Below are positions 1-12,073 of a stretch of DNA of 64,000 nt, piece by piece. This DNA is from Felis catus. Its lineage: Eukaryota. Position 1 is the stretch's first letter, and each line of letters starts with the position of its first letter. Under the pieces are notes generated by a model that ran no database searches, was not told where the DNA came from, and saw only the letters and a program-made list of their open reading frames with translations. The position numbers and the translations under genes were made by a program. The stretch is from the NCBI RefSeq assembly GCF_018350175.1, contig NC_058368.1, forward strand, positions 25,112,001 to 25,176,000, written 5' to 3'.

Positions 1-268
1 CTCCAGCCTATTCCCGTTGCCCGGGGCTCCTGCAACACCTTGTTCTCCTTAGCTCAGAAGCCTTCAGTAATGCTGTCCTCTCCCAGTGAAATGCCCCTAC
101 TGCCTTTCTTGGTCAACTCCTACTCATCCTCCAGACTCAGCCCTGACCCTCCTACGTCCTGGCCCCAACCAGACCGTTGTGAGGACAGGAATGCTGTTCT
201 ACTTGTTATCCCCGCCTCTAACCTGGTATCTACACTTAGTAAGTGCTTGGTAAGTGTCTAATGAAGAA
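1..268 (+). mobile_element. L2 3' fragment (ancient LINE)
   Basis: L2-like 3' end (cctggtatctacacttagtaagtgcttggtaagtgtctaatgaa); degenerate. Confidence 0.5.
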
Positions 269-1656
269 AGCGCTGAAGAAACGAGGGTTTCTCACTGCTT
301 AGTCTTCTCCAGTTAAATGACGAGGGGACAAGAACTAACATTGTGCTAGGTCTACTCCAGCCAGGCATTGCACCAAATACGGTATCCCAAATGCTTTGAA
401 TATACCATTTCAGTCAAATTTCTCTGCTGCCGACAAGGAAGCAGGCTGAGGGAGGAAAGGAGTTTACTCAAAAGCACCTAATTTGCACCACTGGCTCCAA
501 AGTCCCTATAATCATGGGCTACGTATTATTACCTTCCATCTCCCCTCGCCCCGCAATTAGAGGCCCTTGTGATTGCAAAGCTTGGGGAACTAGAAAGTCA
601 CTCCTTAGCATAGCTTAGGGATTCTAACAAATAACTTATGTCATTCATGCATCTTTAAATATCTATTTCTTAACTTGACATCAAGCTCAGAGGTCCCCAC
701 AGGCAGGAACTGTGTTATATTCATCTTTGTACAACCTTTGGTTCTTGGCAAGTTGTAGGTATTTTGTAAATATTTACTGACTTGATTATCAATCAAATTA
801 TTTGTTGATTTATTAAGTGAAACTGTAAGGGTGAATTTTCTGGAGTCAGGGCAGGAAGTATTTTTGAGCAGATGGCCTATTCTGGCACCCATCAAATTAT
901 ACTGGATGGGTCATTTTCTAAGCATGGGGCCAGCCCTGGGGACGTAGCTAAAACAAATTTAAATTCATGATGAATTCATTAAAAATTCCAGGGCAAGAAA
1001 TCTTTCAGGAACACTAATGACATCCACATTTAAGACTACATTAATTCTGTATGGTTTAAATGTTATTAGAATGAAGTGCAAACAAACACAATGGTGACGA
1101 GGCACTGCTTCTGAAAAGGAATCCATTAAGAGACTCCATCACCATAGCTTAGCTATTCTTTAGTACTGCTTGACATCTTCTGTGTTAGGTCATTGTTTTC
1201 AGTTCAGTTATTCAACACCTATTTATAGAGCACTTGTCCAAACAATGCAGGGAACTTGGAAAATTCAACAGAAGTGGAAGGTGGGGTACTTGCCTGTGCC
1301 AGGTGTGGTCTGAGAACCAGCATGTGGAGACTTTAACCAAACTACTCCATGTTATTTGCTGCCTCAGCATCCATTTGGTGTGGCCAAGCCGTCCACAGGG
1401 ACGAGGGACAGGTACTATCTCCTCGCACAAGCACGTGCCCTGGATAACAGCCCACAGAGGCACAGGTAAATTCAAGTTCCTGATACGACTTCTCCAACAG
1501 CCCTTGTGATAACCGTTCTCCCCTGCCGCCCAGGGCCTTCCCCTTGGATGTTCCTGAAGACAAAACTTCCAAGAAGCTTACTGAAATTCCACTCTTTTCA
1601 TTTGAATGGACTTACCACAGGAAGCCCAAAGCACTCCATCCACCAATCCAAAAGGC

Positions 1657-2263
1657 TTGGAAAACAGTGCGGAGGTTCCTCAAAAAGTTAAAAATAGATC
1701 TACCCTGTGACCCAGCAATAGCACTGCTAGGAATTTACCCAAGGGATACAGGAGTGCTGATGCATAGGGGCACACGTACCCCCCATGTTTATAGCAGCAC
1801 TTTCAACAACAGCCCAATGATGGAAAGAGCCTAAATGTCCATTGACTGATAAATGGATAAAGATGTGGTTTACATATACATTGGAATACTACTTGGCAAG
1901 GATAAAGAATGAAATCCGGCCATTTGCAGTAACATGGATGGAACTGGAGGGTATTATGCTAAGTGAAATAAGTCGGGCAGAGAAAGACTGATAGCATTTG
2001 TTTTCACTCATACGTAGATCCTGAGAAACTTAACACAAGACCATGGGGGAGAGGAATGGGGGGAAAAAGTTACAGAGAGGGAGGGAGGCAAACCATAAGA
2101 GACACAAGAGAACACACAGAGACACAGAGAACAAACTGAGGATTGATGGGGGTGGGGAAGAGGGGAAAGTGGGTGATGGGCACTGTGGAGGGCACCTGTT
2201 GGGATGAGCACTGGGTGTCTTATGGACACCAATTTGACAATAAATTATACTTAAACAAACAGA
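1657..2263 (+). mobile_element. 5'-truncated felid L1 (ORF2 C-terminus and 3' UTR)
   Basis: Encodes WKTVRRFLKKLKIDLPCDPAIALLGIYP (L1 ORF2 end); G-rich 3' UTR; candidate TSD caaaag(g/t)cttg at 1649-1659 and 2264-2274. Confidence 0.9.
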
Positions 2264-2476
2264 CAAAAGTCTTGTGCCCAAGGTCCTAGGGCTCTCTCTG
2301 CCTGCACCCTGCCTTGACCTCCCCACCTGTCCCCTCAAGGCATGCTGTGCACCTCCTGCCAGGACCTGTAATAGACCTATTTCAATTTCCTCTGTGGTCT
2401 TTCCTTGAACTTCTGCTCACCATCCCACACCTCAGTGCTCTACTTAACAAATGTTAATTCGATAAGGACACAACAC

Positions 2477-2599
2477 AGCAGCAGCAACCTCTGGGAGCTT
2501 GCAGGATCTCATACCCCACCCCAGACCTCTGGAATTAGAACCCCCAGTTTAACAAGATGCCCGGGTGATTGGAAAGGCCACAATGTTTGAGAAGCACTG
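2477..2599. mobile_element. MER5A-like hAT-Charlie DNA transposon remnant
   Basis: ccccaccccagacct...tttaacaagatgcccgggtgatt...tttgagaagcactg matches the MER5A pattern. Confidence 0.65.
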
Positions 2600-2809
2600 C
2601 AGAAATCTCTAGGATCCAGCTGGTCATGTAGGATGGTCAAGAGATAGAATTTCTGGACAATATAAACAATCTTAATAAGGTCCACCCTATACAGACATCA
2701 AGTCATTTTGTTTTACACTTTAAACTTATACAGTGTTATGTCGATTATAGCTCAATAAAGCTAAAGGAAAAAAGGACTACCCTGACGCTATTTACATCTA
2801 CAATGTGAA

Positions 2810-2995
2810 TCCCTTACCCCAATGGCCCACATAATCTCCTTACCCTGATCTATTTTTCCCCGTGACACTTATCACCTTCTAACATGTTATATTATACCTT
2901 TGTCGTTTATGTTGTTCACACTGTCTCCTGCTAGAATTGAAGTCCATAAAGGAAGCGATCTTTGTCTACTTTGCTCACTAATATACTCCAAGCGT
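2810..2995 (+). mobile_element. L2 fragment
   Basis: cacttatcaccttctaacat...ctagaattgaagtccataaaggaagcgatctttgtctactttgctcact is L2a-like. Confidence 0.55.
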
Positions 2996-3094
2996 TACAG
3001 ATTTGAGCTCTGCAACGGCAGGGATACTCCTCTAGCCCCCAGCTCAGCCAGAGGTTAAGTACAGAAAGAATCTTTCTTAACAATTGGAGGAAAA

Positions 3095-3320
3095 GGGGCG
3101 CCTGGGTGGCTCAGCTGGTTGAGCGTCCAACTCCCGATTTCAGCTCAGGTCATGATCCCAGGGTCGTAGGATGGGGCTCCCCATCAGGCTCCACACTTAG
3201 CGGGAGCCTGCTTGAGATGCTTGCTCACTCTCTGTCTCTCTCTCTCTCTCCCCCACCTCTTTGCTCCCCCTCATGCGCTCACTCTCTCCCCAAAATAAAA
3301 TTAAAATAAAGAAAAAATAA
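3095..3320 (+). mobile_element. Older carnivore SINE (Can-SINE)
   Basis: ggggcgcctgggtggctcag head, (CT)n segment, A-rich tail, degenerate TSD aattgga(g/a)gaa. Confidence 0.9.
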
Positions 3321-4352
3321 TTGGAAGAAGAAATAAATGTCTGGCTGCTCCCAGGGCCCAAAGACCCTTCGCTCGTGTAAGACTTCCAGCCTGACTTTTT
3401 GTTTCAACTCAGTGAAGAGAAACCTAGAGTCTCCACACCCCATGTGCAGAAGGACAAGGTCATTCAAACTGGAATGCCTTGGAGATGACAGGAGGGTGGG
3501 ATTAATCTGCAGGTACGACAGGCGTACGTGAGGACCGTCTCAAGAAGCTGGGGTCTTACTTATGGGACCCACTTTGTTCTCTACAATCCAGCTCCAGGAA
3601 GATGGATTGGAAAGCTGTCTCCATGCGCATTCTTCTCAAATACACTCAGAGAGGAACAATTTGTGGCAACATAGTGCCACATTTCCCACTGACATTCCCC
3701 GATGAAATAAAGTAGGTCATCTAGATTGTCAACTTGCATTTCTGTGTCTGTGGAGTGCAATGATGCTACTTTTTGTTTCAAAGAGGGAAAATGTAAACGT
3801 GTATTTTTCCCAAACTGGCTTTTCTGCAGAAAACGTTGTGTATCCCAATGCTGCAAGAAAACCGCCAGTGCAAAAATGCAAAGGGGTGTGTGGTGGGAGG
3901 CCGGCCCCGCAGATTCCCTTGTGCTTCTCAAGCCTCGGTCTCAAAATCAAAATCAAAACAAACAATCTGCCCCCAACATTCCTTTCCTTCCTTCCCTCCC
4001 AAGTCCCAAATACATAAACATAATTTGTTTTTGAAGGAAGCACATTTTTTTCCCGGGCGTGTTTAACAAGCGGCCGTGAAAGAGATACCTGTCTTACGTT
4101 CCCTTCAGGAAAACGAAGGCTGACAAAGAATCCTGTCACTGGAGCACGCCATCTGCCTTAATAAAGATATTACATGATGCTTGGTGTTGTTAACATACAT
4201 GGTCCTGACTCTTAACTGAGTTCTAAGCTTGCTACAGAGGGGATCAGGTCATAGATTTTTGCCTCCGTGTGGAACCATTTGATTGTAAAATAAAATAAAA
4301 AAAAAAAAAGCCAATCCGATTGAAATGAGATCAAGTTAAAAAGTATTTTCTC

Positions 4353-4579
4353 GGGGCGCCTGGGTGGCGCCGTCGGTTAAGCGTCCGACTTCAGCCAGGT
4401 CACGATCTCGCGGTCCGTGAGTTCGAGCCCCGCGTCAGGCTCTGGGCTGAGGGCTCAGAGCCTGGAGGCTGTTTCCGATTCTGTGTCTCCCTCTCTCTCT
4501 GCCCCTCCCCCGTTCATGCTCTGTCTCTCTCTGTCCCAAAAATAAATAAACGTTGAAAAAAAAAATTTAAAAAAAAAAA
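4353..4579 (+). mobile_element. Young cat SINE (SINEC_Fc type)
   Basis: Diagnostic cttcagccaggtcacgatctcgcggtccgtgag; TSD aaaaagt(a/g)ttttct. Confidence 0.95.
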
Positions 4580-6630
4580 GTGTTTTCTTGAGAGGTTATA
4601 GGGACAGCTCACAGAACCAAGTGGAGGAATTCTAGCCAGGCCTGAGTGCCATGGGGAAGGTATGAGGCATGGAGGTACAAGGCTTGCCATCCCTCAGGGC
4701 CAGTGGTCCCCTTCATCACTGTGTTTCTATCTCCTGTCACTGTGCTGGCTTACTAACCATGCCTGTGCCCCCCAACACCCTAAGAAATTCTTCCTTGGAG
4801 ATCATGTTTTTCCAGTGGAAACATCATTGGCAACTTGGATGGGGCGATTCATTGAGCTAGGGTCTTGTGCATAGCTGGAGATTCAGCATTCTCTGCCCTT
4901 GCCCAATGAATGCTAGTAAGGTCTCCTCACAAATTCATTGTCACATCCTAAAATACCTCCATGCATTTTCCAATGTCCCCAACTATGTGATAATAGAGGT
5001 GAGCTTGCAACACCGTGTCTTAACTCCCATTCCCAGGAGAGAAATCGATTGCTCAGTCTACAGCCATTAAATTGGGCCCCAGTCCACTCAGCCATGACTA
5101 GAGGTGTGAATTTCAGTCCATCACAATCACAGGATACCCCCAAGTCTGCCAAGACCTGCTTCTTCCAGGGGAGCTAAGGGCAGGGATAATCCCAGAGAGG
5201 GGACTATGACTAAGGAACTAATAGTCTAAATTGACTAAAGCATGGGACCAATGGAAAGAGTTCTCCGAGATAATTACATTTGCTCAGGGGGCCCCACCAT
5301 AGTGCTCAGAATCTTGCCGTGCTTTCGGAAGCAATGCCTACAGGCCATCCAATTTCCCTTTCCTTCTCCCTTGAATGCCACTTTACTCCCACTTTTAATT
5401 TTCCTCTACATCTCCTACAACCATTTAGGTCCGCAAACATGTGATCTTAGTGGTTCTGGCTTCTCTTGCATACCAGATAACACAACATTAATTTACTTAG
5501 ACTTGAATGAACTATTTTGTAGGCCTAAGAACATAATGCCCTAATTTACCCCCCAAATTAACATACTTTTGCTTATGTGTTTGCCTTGCACAGCTGTTCA
5601 CCATTTGAAGAGGCCATCACAGTGCTCAAAAGATACTCAAAGAAGCTACTTAAGAATAACATGCTGCCTTTTTCAAAAACCCATGCCCATGCTGAACTCA
5701 GAATGGTAATCAGGTCAGGCAAGAACCCAACTGAGACCTCCGTGGCCAACCCACCCAGCTGGGATATTTGCATTTTATACAAACCATTTTATGAGGCTAT
5801 AAATTTCACATTTTTACAGTTACAGGTCTTAATCATCACGAATACCATTTCTGCACGCATCTTTGGTAGACAGGATTAAAATTTCCACATGATCTGAAGA
5901 TGCTGAATTGTTAATAGCTTCGCTAGGGCTTTGTGGCTTTTTCTGACCTCTTTGAGGATTTCATCATTGTTTATGCATATAAAAAATCATGATTTAGGCT
6001 CATGAGCCTAATGTAAATCTCCAGGCATTTTTTTCCAGTTGGTTTTTGCCGCTTTTCGATATTCTTCAAGCTAGAGGACTGGTGCTTGAAAAGCAGGGAG
6101 CTTTTGTATTGTATTTGTATTTGTATTGAGACTTACAAATGCCTTTCTCAAACCCAGTTAGGTTACAAGCAAATGGAGTACAAAATAATGGAGACACCAG
6201 TTTTTACCCCAGCATATATTATAAACACAACTGTCATCTATTTTCACACTTTAAAGTATTTGTTCGTGACATGCGATCGTCTCATTTTTGGTTGTTTCAT
6301 TCAGTATTTGGCTCTTAAGCCAATCTGCTCTTCCATTTATAATGTTTTTCCTAGAGGGTGCTTTAACTGCATTCATTTGGGGTTTTGAAACTGCTATATC
6401 TATATTTACCTACTTTTTAAAGTCACAAAGCTGTTTGAAGCAGACTCAAATTTCTTAGGTCTAAGTAAGCATTTGATTTACAAATGATCTTTGAGCTGTT
6501 TAGTAACGATTTGTGAGCATTGTATGCTATTCTACAGGAACTCAGAAGACTTTTTCATTCACTTGTGTTTATCAGTTCTGTATATTTGGGGATCATAGAG
6601 AATGTGTTCAAGACGATAAATTTAACATGC

Positions 6631-6832
6631 TTTTTTTTTTTAGGTCTATTTATTAATTTTTGAGAGAGAGAACACAAGCAGGGGAGGGGCAAGAGAGAAA
6701 GGGAGACACAGAATCCGAAGCAGATTCCAGGCTCTGAGCTGTCGGCACAGAGCCTGACGCAGGGCTCGAACCGTGCAGTCATGACCTGAGCCCAAGTTGG
6801 ACGCTCAACAGATTGAGCCACACAGGCACCCC
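6631..6832 (-). mobile_element. Cat SINE (SINEC_Fc2 type)
   Basis: Reverse-oriented SINE body with poly-T; degenerate TSD aaca(t/a)gct. Confidence 0.9.
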
Positions 6833-7249
6833 AACAAGCTGTTTTTGATTTAACCGTGAAATGAAAGCTTGTGCTTCCTTGAAAACATCTTTTGCATGAA
6901 GTAAAGGTGTTGATTCTTTCTATTGCTATCACCTGCCAAAGTTGATCAACAAATACTCGTACATACTAAGCACACTGGCTCAAGAGTCAGGTCTTCATCC
7001 ACCACGTGATCGTGAGGATGGGGGCCTTGAAAAGCCGTCATTGTATTCACTGAGGCTTACAAACCCCTCTTCACACTGAGTGAGTGTGGATGATGGAACA
7101 ACAGGCAAAAGAAAGAGCACGAAGTTTCCAGGGGGAATAAACGCAAAATGAAGGACTTGGACACATTTGTAAAGGGTCTGACGAGTCCAGCCTGTGTGTC
7201 TGCCAAAGTCATCTTGCCTTCCAGTATTGCGCCTTCAGAGATGCCGGGT

Positions 7250-7830
7250 CTGTCTTTTAAATTAATCTAAGAATACCCTAGCTAATCCTGCCGGCTTCAA
7301 TTTCATAACTCCGCCCCTCCCCTCGTTCATCCTTCTCAAATGTAAATGTAATGCTATTCCATCCCCTTTGAAACTCTTCAAAGTTTTTCTATGGCTTGCA
7401 GGGAAAACATACAAATGAGCTGGCAAGGCCTCTAAAGCTAGCATCATTTGGCCTCTGGCCACATCTCCATACACTTCCCATTTGTCCATTTCACTCCAGC
7501 CGCCACATCTCCATACACTTCCCATTTGTCCATTTCACTCCAGCCGCGCGGAACTGCATGGAGCCCCAGCCACGAGCCATTTGACCTCTAAGGCGTCCAT
7601 TTCGGTCTCAAGGAATCTCCCACCCCATCCAGCTTTTACCTGGGCCGGAAGCCCCGTAGCCAACTCCTATTCCACCGTTCAAGCCCCGGTTCAAGCATTA
7701 CCTTGCTCAGGCTTTCCCTGACCACCAACCCCCTTCCAACAACTCAGTTCAGAGTTCCCTCCTTGCAGACACAGCTCAGGGCTCAGGCCTCTATTCCAGC
7801 ACTTAACCACATAGGGTTGTAACTATTTTT
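7250..7830 (+). mobile_element. L2 fragment
   Basis: L2-like segments (ctggcaaggcctctaaagctagcatcatttggcctctggcc; aactcctattccaccgttcaagccc; gctttccctgaccacc). Confidence 0.55.
7458..7545. repeat. Perfect 44-bp tandem duplication (2 copies)
   Basis: gccacatctccatacacttcccatttgtccatttcactccagcc at 7458-7501 and 7502-7545, identical. Confidence 0.95.
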
Positions 7831-10800
7831 CTCGAACAGGCGAGCAATTCCCTCCTTGATTACACAAAGGTCAACCGGGAAGAGGATACCTATTGTTATG
7901 TTGCATCCTTGAATCCTTGAAGATTCTAATTTAACGGGTGGGGAAAGGCCCAGGAATTTTTTTTTTTTTTTAAGTGCTCCAGGCGATTCTGATGTGCCTG
8001 TCTGAGAATCCCCACACCGAACTGTGAGTTCTGGGCAGGCCAGGACTGGATCTTGTTGATCTCTGACCTACAGCAGAATGGCATTTAGACTTTCAGTCAA
8101 TATGCAACGAGAGAAAGAAAAAAAACAGAGTGGGGGGGGGGGCAGAGGGGCAAAGCACAGGTCTTCTAGGCTTCTTGGGAGAATGGTACCCTGTGGGGGA
8201 AAATACTGCAATACGGGAGTTTTGTGAAAAGAAACTTCCTGCTTTAGCTCTAAGGATCAGATCTGTTTCTCAAGAAGATAGGAGCCAGGAGGTGGATACA
8301 CTGAGAAAGACGCACTGGTACCTGGGAAGTGTGTGGGCACAGAAAAACCACGGAAGTTATTCCTGGTCTTATAAGCACCAACGTCAACCATCCATAGAAA
8401 ACACGTCAATCAGCCTCTTGAACTTTGCCTGCGGTACCTCAGGTCTCTGGTAGTCTGACATCCAGCTTAAAGGATCTTCCACCTCTGTGATACACAAATT
8501 ACTCCCAAGCCTTGCCGGGTGTTCCTCTGCTCAAGCCAAGTTTTTGGCAACCAGGCTGCCTCATGCTGTTCCGCAGAATGCTGGGATCAGCGTTCTAATC
8601 CACTGGCCAACACCCCCCGCCCTGTCCCAGCCCCCAGCCCCAGCCTGGCGGACTCATTCTGATGTCAAGAGATCCGCACTTGGATGGCATCTTGTAGAAG
8701 AGGATTAGACAGGCAAGGGGACACCCTGGAGTGGAGTTGGAAAGAGATCTTCGCACCTCGTGGGGAGTTTTCCAGCTGCAAAGAACACTGCCGCTAGTTT
8801 TCTCTATACTGAATACCAGGAAATGGGGTTAAGCACCATGCAAAAATCAGCCCCCCACTCCCATCCCAAGGCTGCCAGACTGGGGCAAAAAAAAAAACCC
8901 AGATCCTTCTCAACCTCTGGAAGAACGCTTTTAACGTCCTGGTTTTCCTGATCGCTGGAAAACAGGCCTCAGGATTTTAGCAGCCAAGAGGCCCAGTATG
9001 ATTAGTCTGGTCAGAACGGGCCGGAATTGCTAACGACCGCAGTTTTTGTTTTTAAATACATGCCGTGGGGCAGGGAAGGAGAGCCCATCGTGCAGGGTGC
9101 AGCATTTCAAGCACAAAACGTGATGAGGAAGGGTTATGATTGGAGCAAGCATAGCGCGACTCCACTTTGGGGCTCTGCCAGAGCTCCCATAAAACCCTCC
9201 TTTTTCTTGAGTCTACACCATGCGCTCTGATGTGATCAATTTGAGAGGCTTTTATGAGATGCCAGAGCGCGTTACTTAAAGCACTCCCGTTTATTTCTCT
9301 TTACTTTATGTTTTTATTACGTAGCACTTGAATTAAATCCATCTGGCTGGCAACGTTTTACCATGGAGGGAGGTGGGGCCCATCAGGAAGAGAAAAGAAA
9401 TTTGTTGACGAGGGAAAAGCTCCTGTGGTCAGGGCTGCTTGGACCTCAGTGGGGTGAGCACCCTCCCCCCAGTTGAACCCCCAGGTTCCATGTGAGGACA
9501 GATCTTCGATGACGAATATGCAATCTGCCTCCACAATTTGATTTAGGTCCCCCCCACCCTTTCTTGCTTCTTCCCCTCCGGCTAACCATGAGCTATTTCC
9601 TGTTTATGCCTCCTACTAACCAGCCTTCAAGTCCTACTGGACGGTCAGGGCCCAGACATAATGTCATCTCTGCCTCACCATGTCACTTAATCCTTCTGGA
9701 AGGAAGTAGCTGGTTTCAGCTCTGAACGCCTATGGCATTTTATCTGGACTTTTGTAAGAAAGTTATCACTTTTTATCTTGACTCCTACAGAGGCGCGTTG
9801 TAGTTTTCAAAATTATGAGTCTAGAGCCTGAATGTTTTATCTTTGAATCATGCTCAGCACCTACTGCAAAGACTTGAACGTCCGAGGGACCCAATAAATA
9901 TGTTTTGAGTAGTTATGTACATGCCGACTCCAAAAAGCAATTTTAGAACTAGGAAGCAGTTGTCACTTACCTGTAAGTGAGCCACAAGGACTTGTTTTAG
10001 AGGCAGCTCTTAAAGTCACAGCTACTCAGAGGCCACGCCTGGCAACTGGCCTCCGGTCCCACCGGCCAGCCCAGAGCCACGGCCAGGCTGACTCGTTCTG
10101 AGATCAGGGAGCTGCGCTCGGACGGCATCTTATGGGAGGGTACCGATGAGCCGGATTGGGATCATCTGTTTGCAATAAAGACCATCCTGCTCAGCCGGCA
10201 CTATTAAAACAGGCTTCATCTTGAGGATCCACGTGGAGCTGTAATCAGGTCAAACCTCTGAGGACGCACCTGGAGCCTGGACCTTCACCTTGGCCCTCCA
10301 CTCTGGTCAGGCCTGGCCACACGCGCCTCCCATCTGCTCCTTTCCGCTGGGCCGCCAGCGGCCCCTCCATCCTGGCCGGTTGCCCCCACGGCCACCTCCG
10401 CTGTGTGACCCTTCAGTGGTAGCAGTTGCGAACAGTGGGTAAATGGGTAAATGTGCTGTCTGTAGTTTTTGTTTTGTTTTGTTTTGGTTTGTTTTAGTGT
10501 GGATTTCTGAACAAAGGAATTTGATTGGTTCAGCCATCCCTGGAAGCCAGATGACTATAGTTCTTGGGTCAGGCGCCTCCCTCCGGGTCCCAGGGCCAGG
10601 GTGCAGGGACACGTGTGCACCTGCGGGTGTGTGCCCTGGAAACCGTCAGTCAGGGACCACTGCACACCTGCGGAGCATTGCTGCCTGCCTTCCGTGAGGA
10701 CCCTGCAGCTAGGGACAGGGCTCGGGGGAGGCCTCTGCTCCCTGTCAGAGCAGCGAGAGAAACGCAGCAACCAGTAGCTGGGGGTGACTAATTCACCTAG

Positions 10801-11704
10801 GTGTCCAGACTCTGGCGCACTGCAGGAGAGTCGAGTGGGGAAAATGATCTAATTGCAGGCGATCGCAGATTGGTTGGGAACAAACACTAAAAACACGACG
10901 CAAGGGAGAAAGAAGGGGGGAAAGCAAGTATTTTAAACCCCCTGATGAGCAGCTGAAGCCAGAAGACAGTCTTCTGAATGGAGTGATACGCTCAACACCT
11001 CATTAGAACCTCCGAGTTCATTGGGTCCTCCGGTATTTTAGACTCCTGGTCTGTCCTGGGTCCTCGTCTTTAAGGCATGTGAGGTTTGGCTTTGGATATT
11101 TAAAAAAGAAAGAAAAAAAAAAACCATCCTAAGCTATTGCCTGATTAATGCCTAAGACACAGCAGTTTCTGATGCTTATTGCAAGCTTTGCCTCTTAGAA
11201 GTGGCTAACGCTGGTTCAGTTCTTAACAAGCTCCCCGTTCTCACGTCTCTCACGACTTTATAATCACAGATGGAGAGCCCTGATTAGCTGCTCAATCTGG
11301 TGACCAGAAGCGCTAGTCCTTCCTTTTAGCAGATTCAGGCAATCGCCCTCCTGTATCTCTGAGAAAAGAGTCTGCTAAGATTTGATTACGGGGTGCTAAC
11401 GATCACGGGGTGGGGCTGGGGGTTGGAGGGTGGCACGGCCCCTCCCCTGGGCTCCAGGAGCTTCTTTCTCTGTCTCCCTTCAGGAATGCTCCAGCTGGGA
11501 GGACGAATCCAATCATGAGCATAAGAGCCAATGTCTACTGAATGCTTAATATGTCCCAGGCACCCTTGTGAGCCCATCCCATAATTACCTCACTGAATTC
11601 TCACGACAGCCTTTTGAGGAGGGCGCCATGCATGTATCTTTAATTTACAGATAGGCTCCGTCTTCAGAGGGGGCTTCTGAAACAGAGCAGGCAACCTTTT
11701 TTGG

Positions 11705-11851
11705 GGGGTGGGGGTGGGAGGGACGGGAGGGTGGGTGAGGGGTATTGAGGAGGGCACCTGTTGGGATGAGCACTGGGTGTTGTATGGAAACCAATTTGAC
11801 AGTAAATTTCATATTTAAAAAAATAATGATAAATAAAACTCTTAAAAAAAA
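11705..11851 (+). mobile_element. Very short felid L1 3' end stub
   Basis: gagggcacctgttgggatgagcactgggtgttgtatggaaaccaatttgaca matches the L1 3' UTR at 2188-2240; A-rich tail. Confidence 0.85.
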
Positions 11852-11852
11852 T

Positions 11853-12073
11853 GGGGCGCCTGGGTGGCGCAGTCGGTTAAGCGTCCGACTTCAGCCAGGT
11901 CACGATCTCGCGGTCCGTGAGTTCGAGCCCCGCGTCGGGCTCTGGGCTGATGGCTCAGAGCCTGGAGCCTGTTTCCGATTCTGTGTCTCCCTCTCTCTCT
12001 GCCCCTCCCCGTTCATGCTCTGTCTCTCTCTGTCCCAAAAATAAATAAACGTTGAAAAAAAAATTAAAAAAAA
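11853..12073 (+). mobile_element. Young cat SINE inserted in the L1 tail
   Basis: Diagnostic young-SINE body; TSD aaaactcttaaaaaaaa at 11835-11851 and 12074-12090. Confidence 0.95.

Noticed and set aside
1544..1834. ORF with protein similarity (FLKKLKIDLPCDPAIALLGIYP)
   Set aside because: Frameshifted L1 ORF2 C-terminal remnant, not a gene.
4353..4440. tRNA-like A/B boxes in SINE heads, and the recurring SINE-derived ORFs such as GAPGWRSRLSVRLQPGHDL
   Set aside because: These are tRNA-derived SINE heads followed by (CT)n and A-tails, not tRNA genes or a protein family.
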